From positions 186,732,312 to 186,796,311 of the forward strand of contig CM097886.1 of assembly GCA_044892525.1 (NCBI GenBank): DNA of 64,000 nt. The letters are read 5' to 3'. Below are positions 13,341-26,517 of the stretch, one piece after another (position 1 is the stretch's first letter; each line of letters opens with the position of its first letter). The position numbers and the translations under genes were made by a program. The notes under the pieces were generated by a model. It made no database searches, had not been told where the DNA came from, and saw only the letters and a list, made by a program, of their open reading frames with translations. This DNA is from Schmidtea polychroa. Its lineage: Eukaryota.

Positions 13341-15515
13341 ATAATTGATGATGTTATGATATTGCTATTATTGTCATAGAGAGTTTTAATTATAAACTTG
13401 ACCGTCGCGCTCACGGAAAATCCATATTCGTGGTCAGTTACACTAGGTCATTTTACTAATTGAGTCAGCGGTAGTTTAATTGCATGGTTTAGTCTGCAGT
13501 TCACTGGATTTAAGTAATGAGAAAAAAGCACGTTTGGAGGTGGCGATCTACGCTGTTCACAGGTTATACTGGTACCACGCTCAGAAATGAGCATTTGCTA
13601 TCTGAAAATAGTCGCACCTGAAATAACGAAGTTCTTGGAAAATAGTGAATCAATTTCTATGATTTTTAATAACGATGGTCATACGGGGTATCGCTACCTG
13701 TCTCGGATTAATTCCCTTGCACTGAATATCGAATCCTGAATTATTAGTTATTGAAATGATCTAAAGATAATTTGCGAAGTTTTCTTAAGACGAAATTCTG
13801 ATACTACCTTGTATCAGGTTAGAGTTCAAAAGTTTATACAGCGGAGACTATCGTTCCCGGATCATATGCGACTCTCAGAAACTGCAAGTGTCATTATGCT
13901 AATCAAGACCGCGTCATCCACGAAGACGTTTGGACCTCCTCAATCATTCATTCACACTCTCCGGGCTTCCTTCTCTTATCTCTACGCACTGAAATTTACA
14001 TCACTGTCTTATTTCTGACTTCGTGAACTCATAATATTATCCATTCACGACCACACTTATCTACCAGATCACTTAGTAATTTCCTCCGATATGACTTCAC
14101 ATGGATTATTCCTTCACAAAAACATCCTACCACCATCTAGGAAACGTCAGCAGCGATAATTTCGTGGGAATCCCTGCAATCGATGTCCAATCAACTGAGT
14201 GATTGAAAATACATTGTTGACCCGTCTGGTAAAAAGACATGAAAAACTAGTGTCTCAACTGCACTATACTCACAAAACTGATAAAAAGAATTTACTAGAA
14301 TATTCATAGTTATACAATTGATTTAAAGATTATGAGGAAACAAAACAAAACAAAATTATTAAAAAACCTTAAAGAACCCTAATCGTTGAAATTTAGATTT
14401 GACATTTAATACATATAAAAACGTTCTATGTAACAACTAAAAATTACTATTGCTTCTTGATACTGTGAATAACTTGAAAATCGTTCTTTGGAACGATCTT
14501 AATGGTTGATTGATTTGTTGAATCAATAATAGTCAGTAATTGCAATGGATCTAAACGATTTTGAAAATAGCAGTCAATTTAGTAAACCTTACCTAAATGA
14601 TTTTAAAAAATAGCAGTGAAGTGTCCACTAAGAGGGACCTATAAATAGTGTTTTGGGTAAATTTTAACCAATCAGGATCGAGTAAGTGTGCTAAATTATC
14701 CAAATTTTCAATCTATTTTAAATTTCACTTTCAATCATTTTGATTTGTTTAATTATGTTTTTCTTTTTAGTTATTTAATTTTAATTTACATAGATTCATT
14801 CTTTTTCGATAATATCACTTTGTATTTCCTCTTTTTTGGGTATTTTCTGCATTTTTATGTCTTCGCAATCATTTTTTCGTTTTTTCTATGCTTTCGAGCC
14901 TGTTTAACTTGTGCTACTTCTTACGATTTCTTAATTTTAATTATTTTTGTTCTTATATAATTTTTTTTGTTTTGTTTAATTTGTTTAATTGGTGTTACAA
15001 TATTATTTAACTTAACTTATTGATTTTTACATGCTGTTTTGGCTATCTCAGTCGACTCTTCACTGCCGAAATTTTATTCATTATCCCGACAGATTTAAGG
15101 TTTACGGTAACATTTCAATTAAAAAGCTCTTTAGAGTCCTTATAGTAAAAACAAAAGTCAAATTAGGAAGATAAGTAAGATCAAAATTTGGAATTCCGTC
15201 AGTATATTTGCGCAATTTTGTCGTGGTTTCCCTCCTTACTAATGCATTATAAATTTGAAATGAAAATATTTATATTTCTAGAATAATACAATTTATTTGG
15301 TTTGACTTTTAGCTGATTTATTTGAGCATTATTATTTCCAGTTTTAGTGAAATATATTTGTTTTCCGTTAAAGTTAAATCCAACTCGGTTTTAAAAATCA
15401 TCAAATCTGATATAAATTTATTATTATGTTTTTTATTTTCCACAAAAACGTGTCAACTCTTTTATTTAAACAAATTCAGATATATAACTCTTCCCTTGTT
15501 AAGAAATTTTTAACT

Positions 15516-15737
15516 TCAGCCACTCGATTCGTCTTTCTTTCGTTCCTTCTTGTGAATGTAGTTTGACTTGATGAAGTGATAGAAATCTGACGAATTTATA
15601 TGGGCCATCGTATTGCATACCATCCTTGTGCCTGTTCTGCGGTTCTTTACGTACGAGTATCTCCTCCCCACCTCGAAAACACGAGTGCCCCTCATAGTGG
15701 CTGCAGATTTACTCAAGTTAAATCTCGCGTCTTCCAT
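15516..15737 (-). CDS. Putative intronless 73-aa basic orphan ORF (MEDARFNLSKSAATMRGTRVFEVGRRYSY...)
   Basis: GC-richer island in very AT-rich flanks, with a TATA box (CTATAAATAG on the minus strand, about 15811-15820) roughly 75 nt upstream of the ATG. No domain recognised; could be a transposon-derived fragment. Confidence 0.3.
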   Translation of the reverse strand: MEDARFNLSKSAATMRGTRVFEVGRRYSYVKNRRTGTRMVCNTMAHINSSDFYHFIKSNYIHKKERKKDESSG

Positions 15738-17399
15738 TTTGTTGCTTCTTGATATCTCGGCTTGTTTCAGGTTAGAGTGTTGGTGATAAACCTGTAGCAC
15801 TTTGTCGACTGCTATTTATAGTGAACTCTATTCTAGGTAGAAGTTCGTGCCAGTTTCTCTCTTCACATCCACCTGCCAATGTTGCTGTAATAAGATATCT
15901 TATCTTAAACCTTTGTTAAATTATTTCTTTATCTTTTATTCTTGCTAATCAATGCTTTATATTCATCGTTAAATTTTAGAATATAATGATTCTTCGGTTT
16001 CAACTGTAAGCAATCTCGTTAGATTTCAGGACCCACCGCCGCATTCTCGGTCAGCCTATGAAAATATTGTGTATTTTATTCTGTAATTTCAGAATATAGA
16101 TTTTTACACTGTTTTACTGTCACACTTGGCGTTTTCGAGCATTAAGTTGAAGTTCGTCTAGAGTGGCGCAAAAGAAATTTATTTGTGCAAATCGATAGAA
16201 TGCCAAAATCTATAAAAATGCAGAATTAATAAATTAATTAAAAGTTTGAAAAAAATAAAAATCGACGTATTTCGGAAGATACATGTATTTACGGATAGCA
16301 AATGGTGAGACGAACACAAATGCTAATATATAAAAAGAATTGCATATATCCGACAAAAACCAAGTAAAGTAACATGAAAAATAAAATTATCAATCAAAAC
16401 GACTAAACAAAATTCAAAGAATCGTTGTAAGTGAGTCAAGATGAAGCTACAAAGCATGAAAACCGTCTGCAGTTATTTAAAATGAGAAAATACACCACTT
16501 ATCACAAGAATAAAAAACGAAAAACAGTAAAATAAAAAGTAAATAGACAAATAATGTATTAAAACCTTCAAGAAGTTATACAGCGACATATATATGGCAA
16601 AAACCCATAAAAATTGCCTTGAAAAAAGACATAAAGTAAAAAATAATCAGGTCATCTAATAAAACGAAACTTAATCGAAAATGCGATGGCAAGAAACCAA
16701 TTAAGATAAAATAGAATTTGAAAAAAGCAATAAAAACTAAGAAATTAAACAAATCAGGTTAAAAAATTTAATAAAACAAAAAAATGCGGGTATGTTGTTT
16801 GATCTGATTGGTTGAGCCATAACATTCAAACTATGTATGTATAAATGTCAATGGCAATATAAGTGAATCCTGTCAAAGATAGCATTTGCAGAGTAGTTCC
16901 ATCCAGATTAACTGTAAAATATGAACCAATTTAATGAAATTCCGTCATTAAACTTCAATGATTGAATACACTAAAACCTCGACTTGCGTCGTTTTGTTTT
17001 GCGTTGCTTAAATTTCCCATATAAAATAAATTTTCAATGTAAATTAAATTAGATTTCCCACATGAAAATAAAGATAATTATAGTTTAAGTAAGTTTTTCC
17101 AAAATTTGCAATATACATATGCATAATGTAACAAATTAAATATGGAAAAATTAATTTCGATTTGCATCGTTTTGATTCCCGTCGTCTTTCTTGGGGCCCA
17201 ATTAACGACGCAAAACGAGGTTTTAGTGTAATCATTTTCCTCAAAGAGAATACATGTGTAATAAATCTAAAGTTTTTGGGAATGGTTAACATATTGATTA
17301 AATTTTGTTGACGTTAGATTCACCGCTAATGGTAGCCTACCAAATTAGTGAATAAATGTAGCCCAATTGTTATTAGTACACTACCCCAAAATTTCAACA

Positions 17400-17970
17400 T
17401 CATTTTCACCCTTTAAGACAATTTCTGTTTAAGTTACTTTTACCAAGACAATTGTAAATTCAATTTTACACTTTTAAAAAAACAGCGCAAGCTTTGTGAC
17501 ACCCAGTGCCAGTCCTAATAGTTGACTAATTTTGAGCTTTTAATTCTCACCAGTACTATTCTGGAAACGCGATGATTTTTCTTTTCGCCAGGTAAGTATA
17601 CAACATTGTTGATTAAACTATATTGTATACTTTTCCTAGTACACTGAAAATCACATCGCTTGCTTTTTAGTCTGGTCACAGAAAATCTATAAATTTATAA
17701 ACAGGGCGTATGAAAATCATATTTACCTCTGAGGACTATAAAAGTAGTCGATACAGAAGCTGCATCCGATTACCTTTAGCACTTAATTTATTAAGTAAGG
17801 GCATAAAACTTTTTTGTCGGATGTCTTACAATTTCAAAATAAACAACGCCAGCTTTTTGATACCCAATGCATGTAGAGATAGTAAATTCCTTATTAATTC
17901 TGTAGAAGAGCGCATATCAAATAAATGTGTAGTTGACAATATTGTAGCGAATTTTGTTGACGTCTAATAA
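17400..17970 (-). mobile_element. Possible very decayed LINE (CR1/L2-like) RT remnant
   Basis: Frameshifted minus-strand pieces STTHLFDM, INKEFTISTCIGYQKA, LLNKLSAKG and LYTYLAKRK fall in the order expected for STTHAL / EFTIGIFLDLQKAFD / LLNKL..YG / SYL.NRK. Confidence 0.3.
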
Positions 17971-18439
17971 AGTTCTCTATGTAGTAGTTTATTTTAATAA
18001 TCGAAGCAATGAGCACAAAGAGTCAATTAGCACAAACTTTAACTATAATAACCCAACAATTATTTGAGTTAGTTTAAACAACTAAACAATTAATTTAATT
18101 AATTTCTTTCTAATTTAGATTATTTTAGCAATCCCTTTGATTATTTTATTTGATTATTTTAACCATATTTTTTGTTTTTGAATTTTTTAGTCAGCTATTC
18201 TTTTGTTCTAATTATTTTTTGTGTTTCATTTTTTTGTATATTTAATTTAATTTTAATTTAATTTTATGTTTTTCATTTCTTATTATATATTTTTTATTTT
18301 CTTTTTCCTCTTTCTTATTTTAATTTATTTTTTATTGGCCTTCTTTTGTCGCATTCTCATTTTTGTTTATATTTTTCGCTCTTCTTCAGTTTTGTGTTAT
18401 AGTTTCAGTTAAACAACTGTTGTATGATTTTTTTTCATT

Positions 18440-18780
18440 TCATGTACTTAATAGTTGATGTTTTCCGAAAATTTATTTAAAAATTTAAAAATTGTGGTAA
18501 GAATACGATTAAATTTTGATAATTTTTAAAATTATGTTTCCAAAATGATAAATTCATTACATAGCTGGATGAAAATGTATTTTTACATTTAAAACACTTA
18601 ATAGTTGATGTTTTCCGAAAATTTATTAAAAAATTTAAAAATTCTAGTTGTTTTTAAAAATTCTAAAATTTTTTTTATTTCATGTATTTAATAGTTGCTG
18701 TTTTCCGAAAATTTATTTAAAAATTTAAAAATTCTAGATAATGATTAAATTTAGATAATTTTTAAAATTAAGTTTCTGAA
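18440..18780. repeat. Three imperfect copies of an AT-rich unit starting TTAATAGTTGATGTTTTCCGAAAATTTATTTAAAAATTTAAAAATT
   Basis: Copies near 18448, 18598 and 18689. Confidence 0.8.
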
Positions 18781-19153
18781 ATTATAAATTCAAGTTTTGA
18801 TAAATAACAAATTCGTTATTTTGACTCTTGTTTATATATTATTGTTATTCAATTATTTTTTATTTCATATGATACTTTCATATAATTTAAATATCTCACA
18901 ATTTATGGTTTTTCTTTGACAACGGTTCAATTTTTCAGGTTTTAGTGTTTAGTAAATTCATTTTTATAAAAATTAATATTTCAAATCAACCAAATTTTAT
19001 AGTTTGAAATTTAATCATATGTCTTAAAAATTTAGTTTAAATATACCTTTTAATTGGTCTTATTTAGCAGTTATATTAATATTCTTAATAAGTTAGTTTT
19101 TAATATTCAACTCACGATAATTAAGCATAGAATTAGCAACATAATCTTTATCG

Positions 19154-19674
19154 ATGGCATCTATGTCTTCTTCCCCGAGTTTACGGCAACTTCGTCGTAG
19201 ATCGGTGAATATTAATTCTGGAGTAAAAATGAAAAAATTTCTTCAAGAAATCGGTCTTGAAAAGCACTGGAAATTATTTCCTGAAAATTGTTCACTTGAA
19301 CAAATTAAAGAATTATCATCGGAAGTTCTTGAGCAAACTATTCAACCGTTGTCACCAACGTCTAAAGTCAAATTTCTGTCGGAATTAAGAAATCGAAATG
19401 AAAACAAGGTAATTAATTTCAATTTCTTTAAAAAAGTTTTTATTTAACAATAAGTTAAACTTTTCGATTTTTAAACTTTTTTTTATAAATATAAAATGAA
19501 ATTTAATTTAACATAATTTTTTAGCATAATTTTATATAATATTTGTAATTTAACATTCTATAATGATTGATGTTTTGCTTTGTTGTTCCTTGTGAATATA
19601 ATCGATTATATTTACTTGTCCAACAGGAAGCTGAATATGATGATGATAACAATAATGATAATGATCGATTCTAA
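19154..19674 (+). CDS. Small SAM-like domain protein, 100 aa. Exons 19154-19408 and 19627-19674
   Basis: MKKFLQEIGLEKHWKLFPENCSLEQIKELSSEVLEQTIQPLSPTSKVKFLSEL fits the SAM pattern (FL..IGL..Y...F....L..L..L...DL.......K.KIL). Donor AAG|GTAATT and acceptor CAACAG are both phase 0, giving the tail EAEYDDDNNNDNDRF*. Confidence 0.7.
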
Positions 19675-20699
19675 CGCGCTTTCATTCATATTCGTAGATA
19701 AATATAAACATTTATTATTGGGTTATCAATTGAATCTAATTGGTTGCTAATGGGGGGCAGCGGTTCCCTTTCGGGTCCCGGTTCACTTTTTGGAACGTTT
19801 TATTATCAATAATGCAATTGCGGTTAAAAATTGGAACTTGGGGCATCCCGATTGGTCAAGGAATCCATATTTGTCCTTGTATGGTGAACTGGCGAGGAAT
19901 CATAAGGAAACCCGGTAGAATTTAATCTTTCTTGCTCTTAGCGTGGAGAATGGAAATGAGAACAATCAATACACAAGAAATGAGACAATTGGAGCTCTGG
20001 GCTATTCTCATTGGTCAAAATATCGGAATTTCACATTTTGTACAGAAATGAAAATTTTCAGTTATTTCTCGAGAAAAGAATCAATAAATCGATAAATTAT
20101 GAGGGAATTGGAACTGGCTACCCTTTATGTGTCATAGAATCCAATTGTTATCTTTCCTTCACCTATAATTCCCTCTGTATCGATCTTTCTAATTTTTTCT
20201 CAACATTCATTTCTCCCGCGCTTATTTGTGGGTTTCCCATCGAATTATTCCACCCAGATATTACTGGCGGCATTTTCCCCATCAAAACCCCACAGAAATT
20301 CGGAAATTGCACTAAAATCAATATTAAAATCAATATCCACTAAAACCGTTTAGATCAATCGATTTGAATTGTTTTATTGATTGATAATTACATCAATGTT
20401 ATGTTATAATTTTATAAATCAATAAAATGTGATAAATCGCAATCGATTTCTATCAGTGAATATCAATAATTTCAAATATCGATTTTCAAATAATCGTTTT
20501 TTCAGTTTAACATTTACCAAATTCGGAGCAAATCTAATTATTTACTGTGATGTTAGCCAATTCAGCCAATTGGAATCATTGACGCAAATCTTTTCTTCTT
20601 TTCACCTTTTAGCTGTTCTCATTTACAAGCTCTTTTATCTTAATTTCTTTCATTCTTTTCAAATCAACGTTTTATTTTACATTTAACAAAAAATATTGG

Positions 20700-21360
20700 A
20701 TATAGAATAAAAGAAAATTGTAAAAAAAGTAAAAATAAGAAGTGAAGCAAATGAAGATAAAGGTAGTTACCAAAAGAAAGCTATAAAAGTAATAAAAGTG
20801 AAAAAAATGACGATAAAGGAAATTGTCGATAGAAAAAGATAAAAGTAATAAAAGCGAAGCAAATGAAGGTAAAGGAAATTGTCAGAAGAAAGCGATAAAA
20901 ATGAAATTGAAACAAATCAAGGTAAAACGAATTGTATAAAGAAATGAGAACAAAGGAAATTGTAAAAAGAAAGTAATAATAGCGAAAATTGAAAGTGAAG
21001 CAAATTAAGATAAAGGAAGTTACCAAAAGAAAGCTATAAAAGTAATAAAAGTGACAAAAATGACGATAAAGGAAATTGTCAAAAGAAAGCGATAAAAATA
21101 AAATAAAGTGAAACAAATGAAGATAAAACGAATTGGATAAAGAAATGAGAATAAAGGAAATTGTGAAATGAAAGCGATAAAAGCAATAAGTGAAACAAAT
21201 GATGATTAAATTGTAAAAAGAAAGTAATAAAAGTGAAAATTGAAAGTGAAAGAAATGAAGATAAAAGAAAGAAAAAATAAATGAGGATAAAGGAAATTGT
21301 AAAAAAGAAAGTGATAAAAGTAAAAAAGAAGAAGCCTCAATCAAGTTAGGAAGGTTAAAG
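20700..21360. repeat. Purine-rich (A/G) minisatellite, about 50-60 bp subunits with a higher-order repeat of about 250 bp
   Basis: Recurrent GATAAAGGAAATTGT / AAAGAAAGCGATAAAAGTAATAAAAGTGAA. A segment of about 85 bp near 20743 recurs almost identically near 20997. Confidence 0.85.
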
Positions 21361-21835
21361 AATATGAAGAAAATATGACCCAATTATTGAGTTTTCAGGC
21401 TTGCAGGAATGCTAAATATGCTATATACTAAAAATTCTAATCAAAGGTCCATCTTTATCATTCTATCGGTCAGCCATAATAAGATTTATCCCTTAACAAC
21501 AAGATAGGATGTTTGCATCTTGCTTGACCTTCAGTAGACATTATAAAGTCGCGCTTGCTGCCTAAGCACCATTTTATGCCAAAATAATGCCATTGGCCCT
21601 TGCTAGAAAACACTGAGCTAGAGAGAGGTTAACTTGACTGATCACTCTTATTTTCTCTTTGAATTTCTCTATACGCTTCAATTATGGATCAATACTTTCT
21701 TTTCGGCAACATTTCTGATATGTGTGAACCTGTCTAATGATTGCGGCTTATTAGAACCTCCTGCATATGTGTGTGTGTGTGTGGCATTATTTATAATTCT
21801 TTCCCTACAATGCAATACCCAGCCCTGCCGATTGC

Positions 21836-24800
21836 ATGCTGACGATATCCAAGGTAAATAGCAACGATAATAATGAGCACGCCGTCAAGATATCAAATTG
21901 TTAGCCTGACATTAGAGGCGCCGGTGAAACATTATAGGCGTTATAGATACGATAATTCATTCACCTGTATCACCTGTATCGCACATTGTACAATTCATAC
22001 GAATCCCTTATCCCTTTCTAATCGATTTCATCGCCATACTGCCGAGCTCGCTAGTAAGATAGAGCAAGTTGTCTAGGAAATGCTAGATGTGATTGGAGTA
22101 GAGCTGAAGGAGCAGTTGAGCATGTGCAGCGCATTGATAGATGCAAATTTGCATGCTATATCGCTATTATGCGTATATTATGGATTAGCTAACGGGTAAT
22201 TATTGATAGCTAATGTATCGCAAACAATTGACTGTCATCATCAATTGTGATCACCGCCGGTGTTCTGTACCAGAGATTTCTGTCACCCGGTATCTTGACC
22301 CAGCCGTATCCGCTTTGGTATGCTATTTTATGTCGGAATTATTATCCCATCGACACATACTTGCTCCATTGTTCTCTCTACAATACTTGTGACAACATAT
22401 CTTTATCGTTTCCCATATTCAGGATTCATCCGATTCCAATTGCAAGAAGGATTTTAATACCAGTGGTAACTACCTGCGACCAGTTACTACAGCCAATAGC
22501 AACGATAACCAATTGGGGCCCGGGCCCGTTACTCCCATTGCTAATGCACGGAAGTCCGTTGAGTCGATTTCCAATCGAACTCTCAGTGGTTTGCGGAATC
22601 TTCACAGAACGAGCAGCCTCTCAATGGATAAGCGTCATCGTCCGTTGTCATTGTCGATCTCAGCCAATAACACACCTAATACGACAGCTTCTAGCACTCC
22701 TCTCACTAACCGCTCTTATGTGGGCATTATCGCTGGGCTCGACACTACAATCGGTAAGAGTTATCGATTTTTTGTTTTATTTAATATTGATTATTTTTTT
22801 GATTACCATCGATTTTAACTACTATTTATTGATTAATTTTAAATTTCATGGATTTTAGTTAATATCAATTGACAATATTTATTATTGATTATTTTAATAT
22901 AACTATTATTGATTAATAATTACACATTAATATTTATTGATTATTTGATATTGTTATTGATTATAATTACTTATTATTTATTGTTTTTGATTATCAACAA
23001 TTCTAATTACTTATAATTATTTATTATTAATAACATTATTATTGATTATATTACTGGTTAATCAATTGATAATATTTATTATTGACAATTTTTCATTTTT
23101 ATTGATTATTTTGAATTATTATTGATTATAAATAACTACTGATGAATTTATCATTATTATTAATTATTTATCGTTATTATTGATTTTTTGTCGTTATTGA
23201 TTATTTTAAATTATTATTGATTATAAATAACTACAGATTATTAATCATTGATTATTGATTATAATGCTATTGATTATGCCATGGAAATGTGCATTAATAT
23301 TAAAAATTTTCCCATATCGTCACATATAGGTGCTGCTGTATGAAATATATTTTGACAAATTGATCGGCGCAATGTGACTGGCAGGCAAACTGGAGAATTC
23401 ATTATTCATGTCGAATTCTGGGAATTTTTCTGGAATTTTGTCTATCACCCATTGCTATGTAGATGAATAAATATTTTACATTGCCAGCAACAGGCAAAGG
23501 TAAACAGTGGCCCATTTCAACTAAATGATATTCGATATTTTACGGAACATTTCGTATGGGACTCATTCCATCTTAATAATAATTACTGTACTCCCCCCCT
23601 CCCTCCCTCCTCCCCCATTCCCCTCAATGACATAGTGAATGAAATATAGGCCCGCTTGGAGGGATACTCCACAAATATATCCTGCTGATATTAAGGACCT
23701 GAGATATAATTGAATCCATGACGCAAGCTATATATTAGATGCATTTCTACATGCATTTCTTTGATTATGCTTTTATGCCGTTATCGCACATCTGATGATC
23801 GATCGATCGATTTATCCCATTGGTGACGGTGCATCATCGAATAATTATTGATTCTATCTGCAACATTATCACGTGTAATTCCTGATCAATAGTGCCAGAA
23901 CAATATTACTCAATCCCAATTTAATTCGTCCTTCTGTCCCCTTTCCAGCTTTCCGCTGGACATTATTGCCGATATTATTCCCAATTTTCATTATGATTAC
24001 TGATAACCAATTGCTGCATCACTGACCGCATAGATAACGCGTGATGCAATACTTTCAATTACATAATAATTATTCCGGCAAACAAATTATCAAATCTTTA
24101 TGCTGCCTTTCATTTATGGATATCGATTATTTTTATTATCAATCTCGGGATTCTTTTCTCTGATTTTTCTGTATTTTTATTTTTATGAAATATTTATCAC
24201 AATAACCATTTTTATTATTGATTATCATTAATTATTAATATTATTATTTATATTGATTATTATTGATTTATTGACTATTTATATTGATTACTATTATTAT
24301 TGTTATTATCAATATCATTGATTAATATTTATTATTTATATTGATTATTATTTATATTGATTATTGTTATTTATATTGATTTGTATTATTGTTGTTATTA
24401 CTAATGTCATTGATTATTATTTATATTGATTAGTTTTATTGTTGATAATTGCTAATGTTATTAATTATTAATATTACGTATACATATACCTTCATAATTG
24501 ATTATCTCCCGTAAATAGCGGGCATTTCTATGATATTTAATTGATTGCACAGCTATAAATATCGAATTAATATTGATTTAGGCCATTCAGAAACGAGCAA
24601 TCTGTGCAGGATCAAGCAGTCTGCTCACGGGCAATCAGTTCCTAATTTAGCAAGCAGCCATGTAAGTTATTATCCATAATCATAAAATCAATAATCCCAA
24701 ATAACGCCCCTATCCATATTAATCCATATTCACAAATCTCAGAAATATATATTTGACTAAGCTCCATTAATTGACGCTCGCCATTTTGTCATCACATCAA

Positions 24801-26485
24801 ATGCCAACTCGACACGCTAAAAATCAATTAAAATTTTGGAAATATCTGACATTGCCACTTCAACTGATTTGATAAAATATCTATATCCCATATTCAATCT
24901 CCTGCATCCATTGCTGTGACTGATTACAGTGCTAGGGTTACTGGCGGTGATTGTTGATTATCCGCACGTTTCCAGCCCACTAGGAACAGCTTTTAATGCC
25001 GGGGAGGGAATAGGGGACTCAATTGAACTCAATTGGTACAAGGATCTGGGGCAATTCATTATTTCATTCATTATTGATTTCTATATTTCTAATATCTAAT
25101 CACTATTTTAATTATTTAATCAATTCCACTATATAATCAATCATTTAATGATTTTATTTATTATCTAATCGATTATTTCATTACATAATCAATTATTCAA
25201 TAAAATATATAATTAATTATTTAATCAATTATTTAATTTATTAGTCAATCAATTATTCCATTATTTATTCAATTAGTTAATTTATTTAATGATTTAATCA
25301 AATATTTAATTCATTATCTAATCAATTATTCCATTATATAATCAATTATTCAATTACTCAATCGTATTCAATGAATAATCAATAGTTAATAATGCAATAT
25401 TTAATTGAATTATACAAATCATGCATCAACTTAGATTTTCAGCTAGTTTTGAAATGTTTATTTTGTCAGTTATTTACCAGAAGCGCTTATTAATCTCTAA
25501 TTCATTATATGTTTGATATTGGATGGTGAATTACATGTGGGAGTTCAGGGATATCAATGCTGTTTACTGGCATGGTTCATTGCACGTGACAAACGCAATT
25601 ACACCGCGTTGGACTCAACCCCTAATTCAAGCTCCTTTCCATACGTTATAACTACAAATATGCCAGTCAACATCGATAACGCTATTTCTGCACCAATTAT
25701 CAGGCAAAATTATTTGACATCCATCTTTAAAACATAAACAAAAGCCATTCGACGTCCTTATTGAAACCTGGCTACAACAGAGAGAAAAGTACAATTTATG
25801 CCAAGCACTCAATCAATCACATGAAATCATTCGGTTGTTTATTTGTGTTGTAATAATCAAATGTTGATTATTATTGTTATTCCCTGTCAATATGTGCATT
25901 ATTGATCTATTAAATTGATTAACATTTATCTCAATTTATTGCACATTCAATTTGTTCCCTCGATGGCATGGGTCAATACAGGTCAATATTTGACAGCCAA
26001 CATAGGGTAGCGTGTACAAATGGGGACAGCTTAATGTTGCTCAATCGGCCAAATCAGTTACAAATGGAGACAGTTTGGGCATATATCAAATCCCACTGCC
26101 CCCCCCCCCCCCTCCCCTCAACATTATTATCCGGTAACAGCAAAAATCATTGCAAAAATTCGAAAAAATCCGCAAAAATGCTCAAAATTTGTCAAATATT
26201 GATTCTATTTGTGCTGGTAAATTTAAACAAAAAATATTTAATTAGAAACTGTTATTAATGAAATGTTTTTCCCGTCTGAAAACGCTATTCAATTCACTCC
26301 ATGCAGCTATAGTGGTTGCTCAAGCATTTAATTAAAACAAGAGTAGAATTTCATCGGGAGAAAAGTGAAAGTAATCTGGTAGACAGTTTACAGACATTTG
26401 TGGAAGAGAATGAATTCCTTGCTGCCTGTCTGCGTGTCTCTCTGTCTCTGTCTCTGTGTGTGTGTGTGAGAGATTACGCGTGTCC

Positions 26486-26517
<32 letters not shown>

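Noticed and set aside
13400-14250. Possible Ty3/gypsy integrase relic (LHMDY..., IICEV, HSHSPG)
   Set aside because: The matches are short, scattered across frames, and no LTR or PBS was found; too weak to call.
20781-21383. 200-aa F/L/S-rich 'membrane protein' ORF
   Set aside because: It is the antisense reading of the purine-rich minisatellite.
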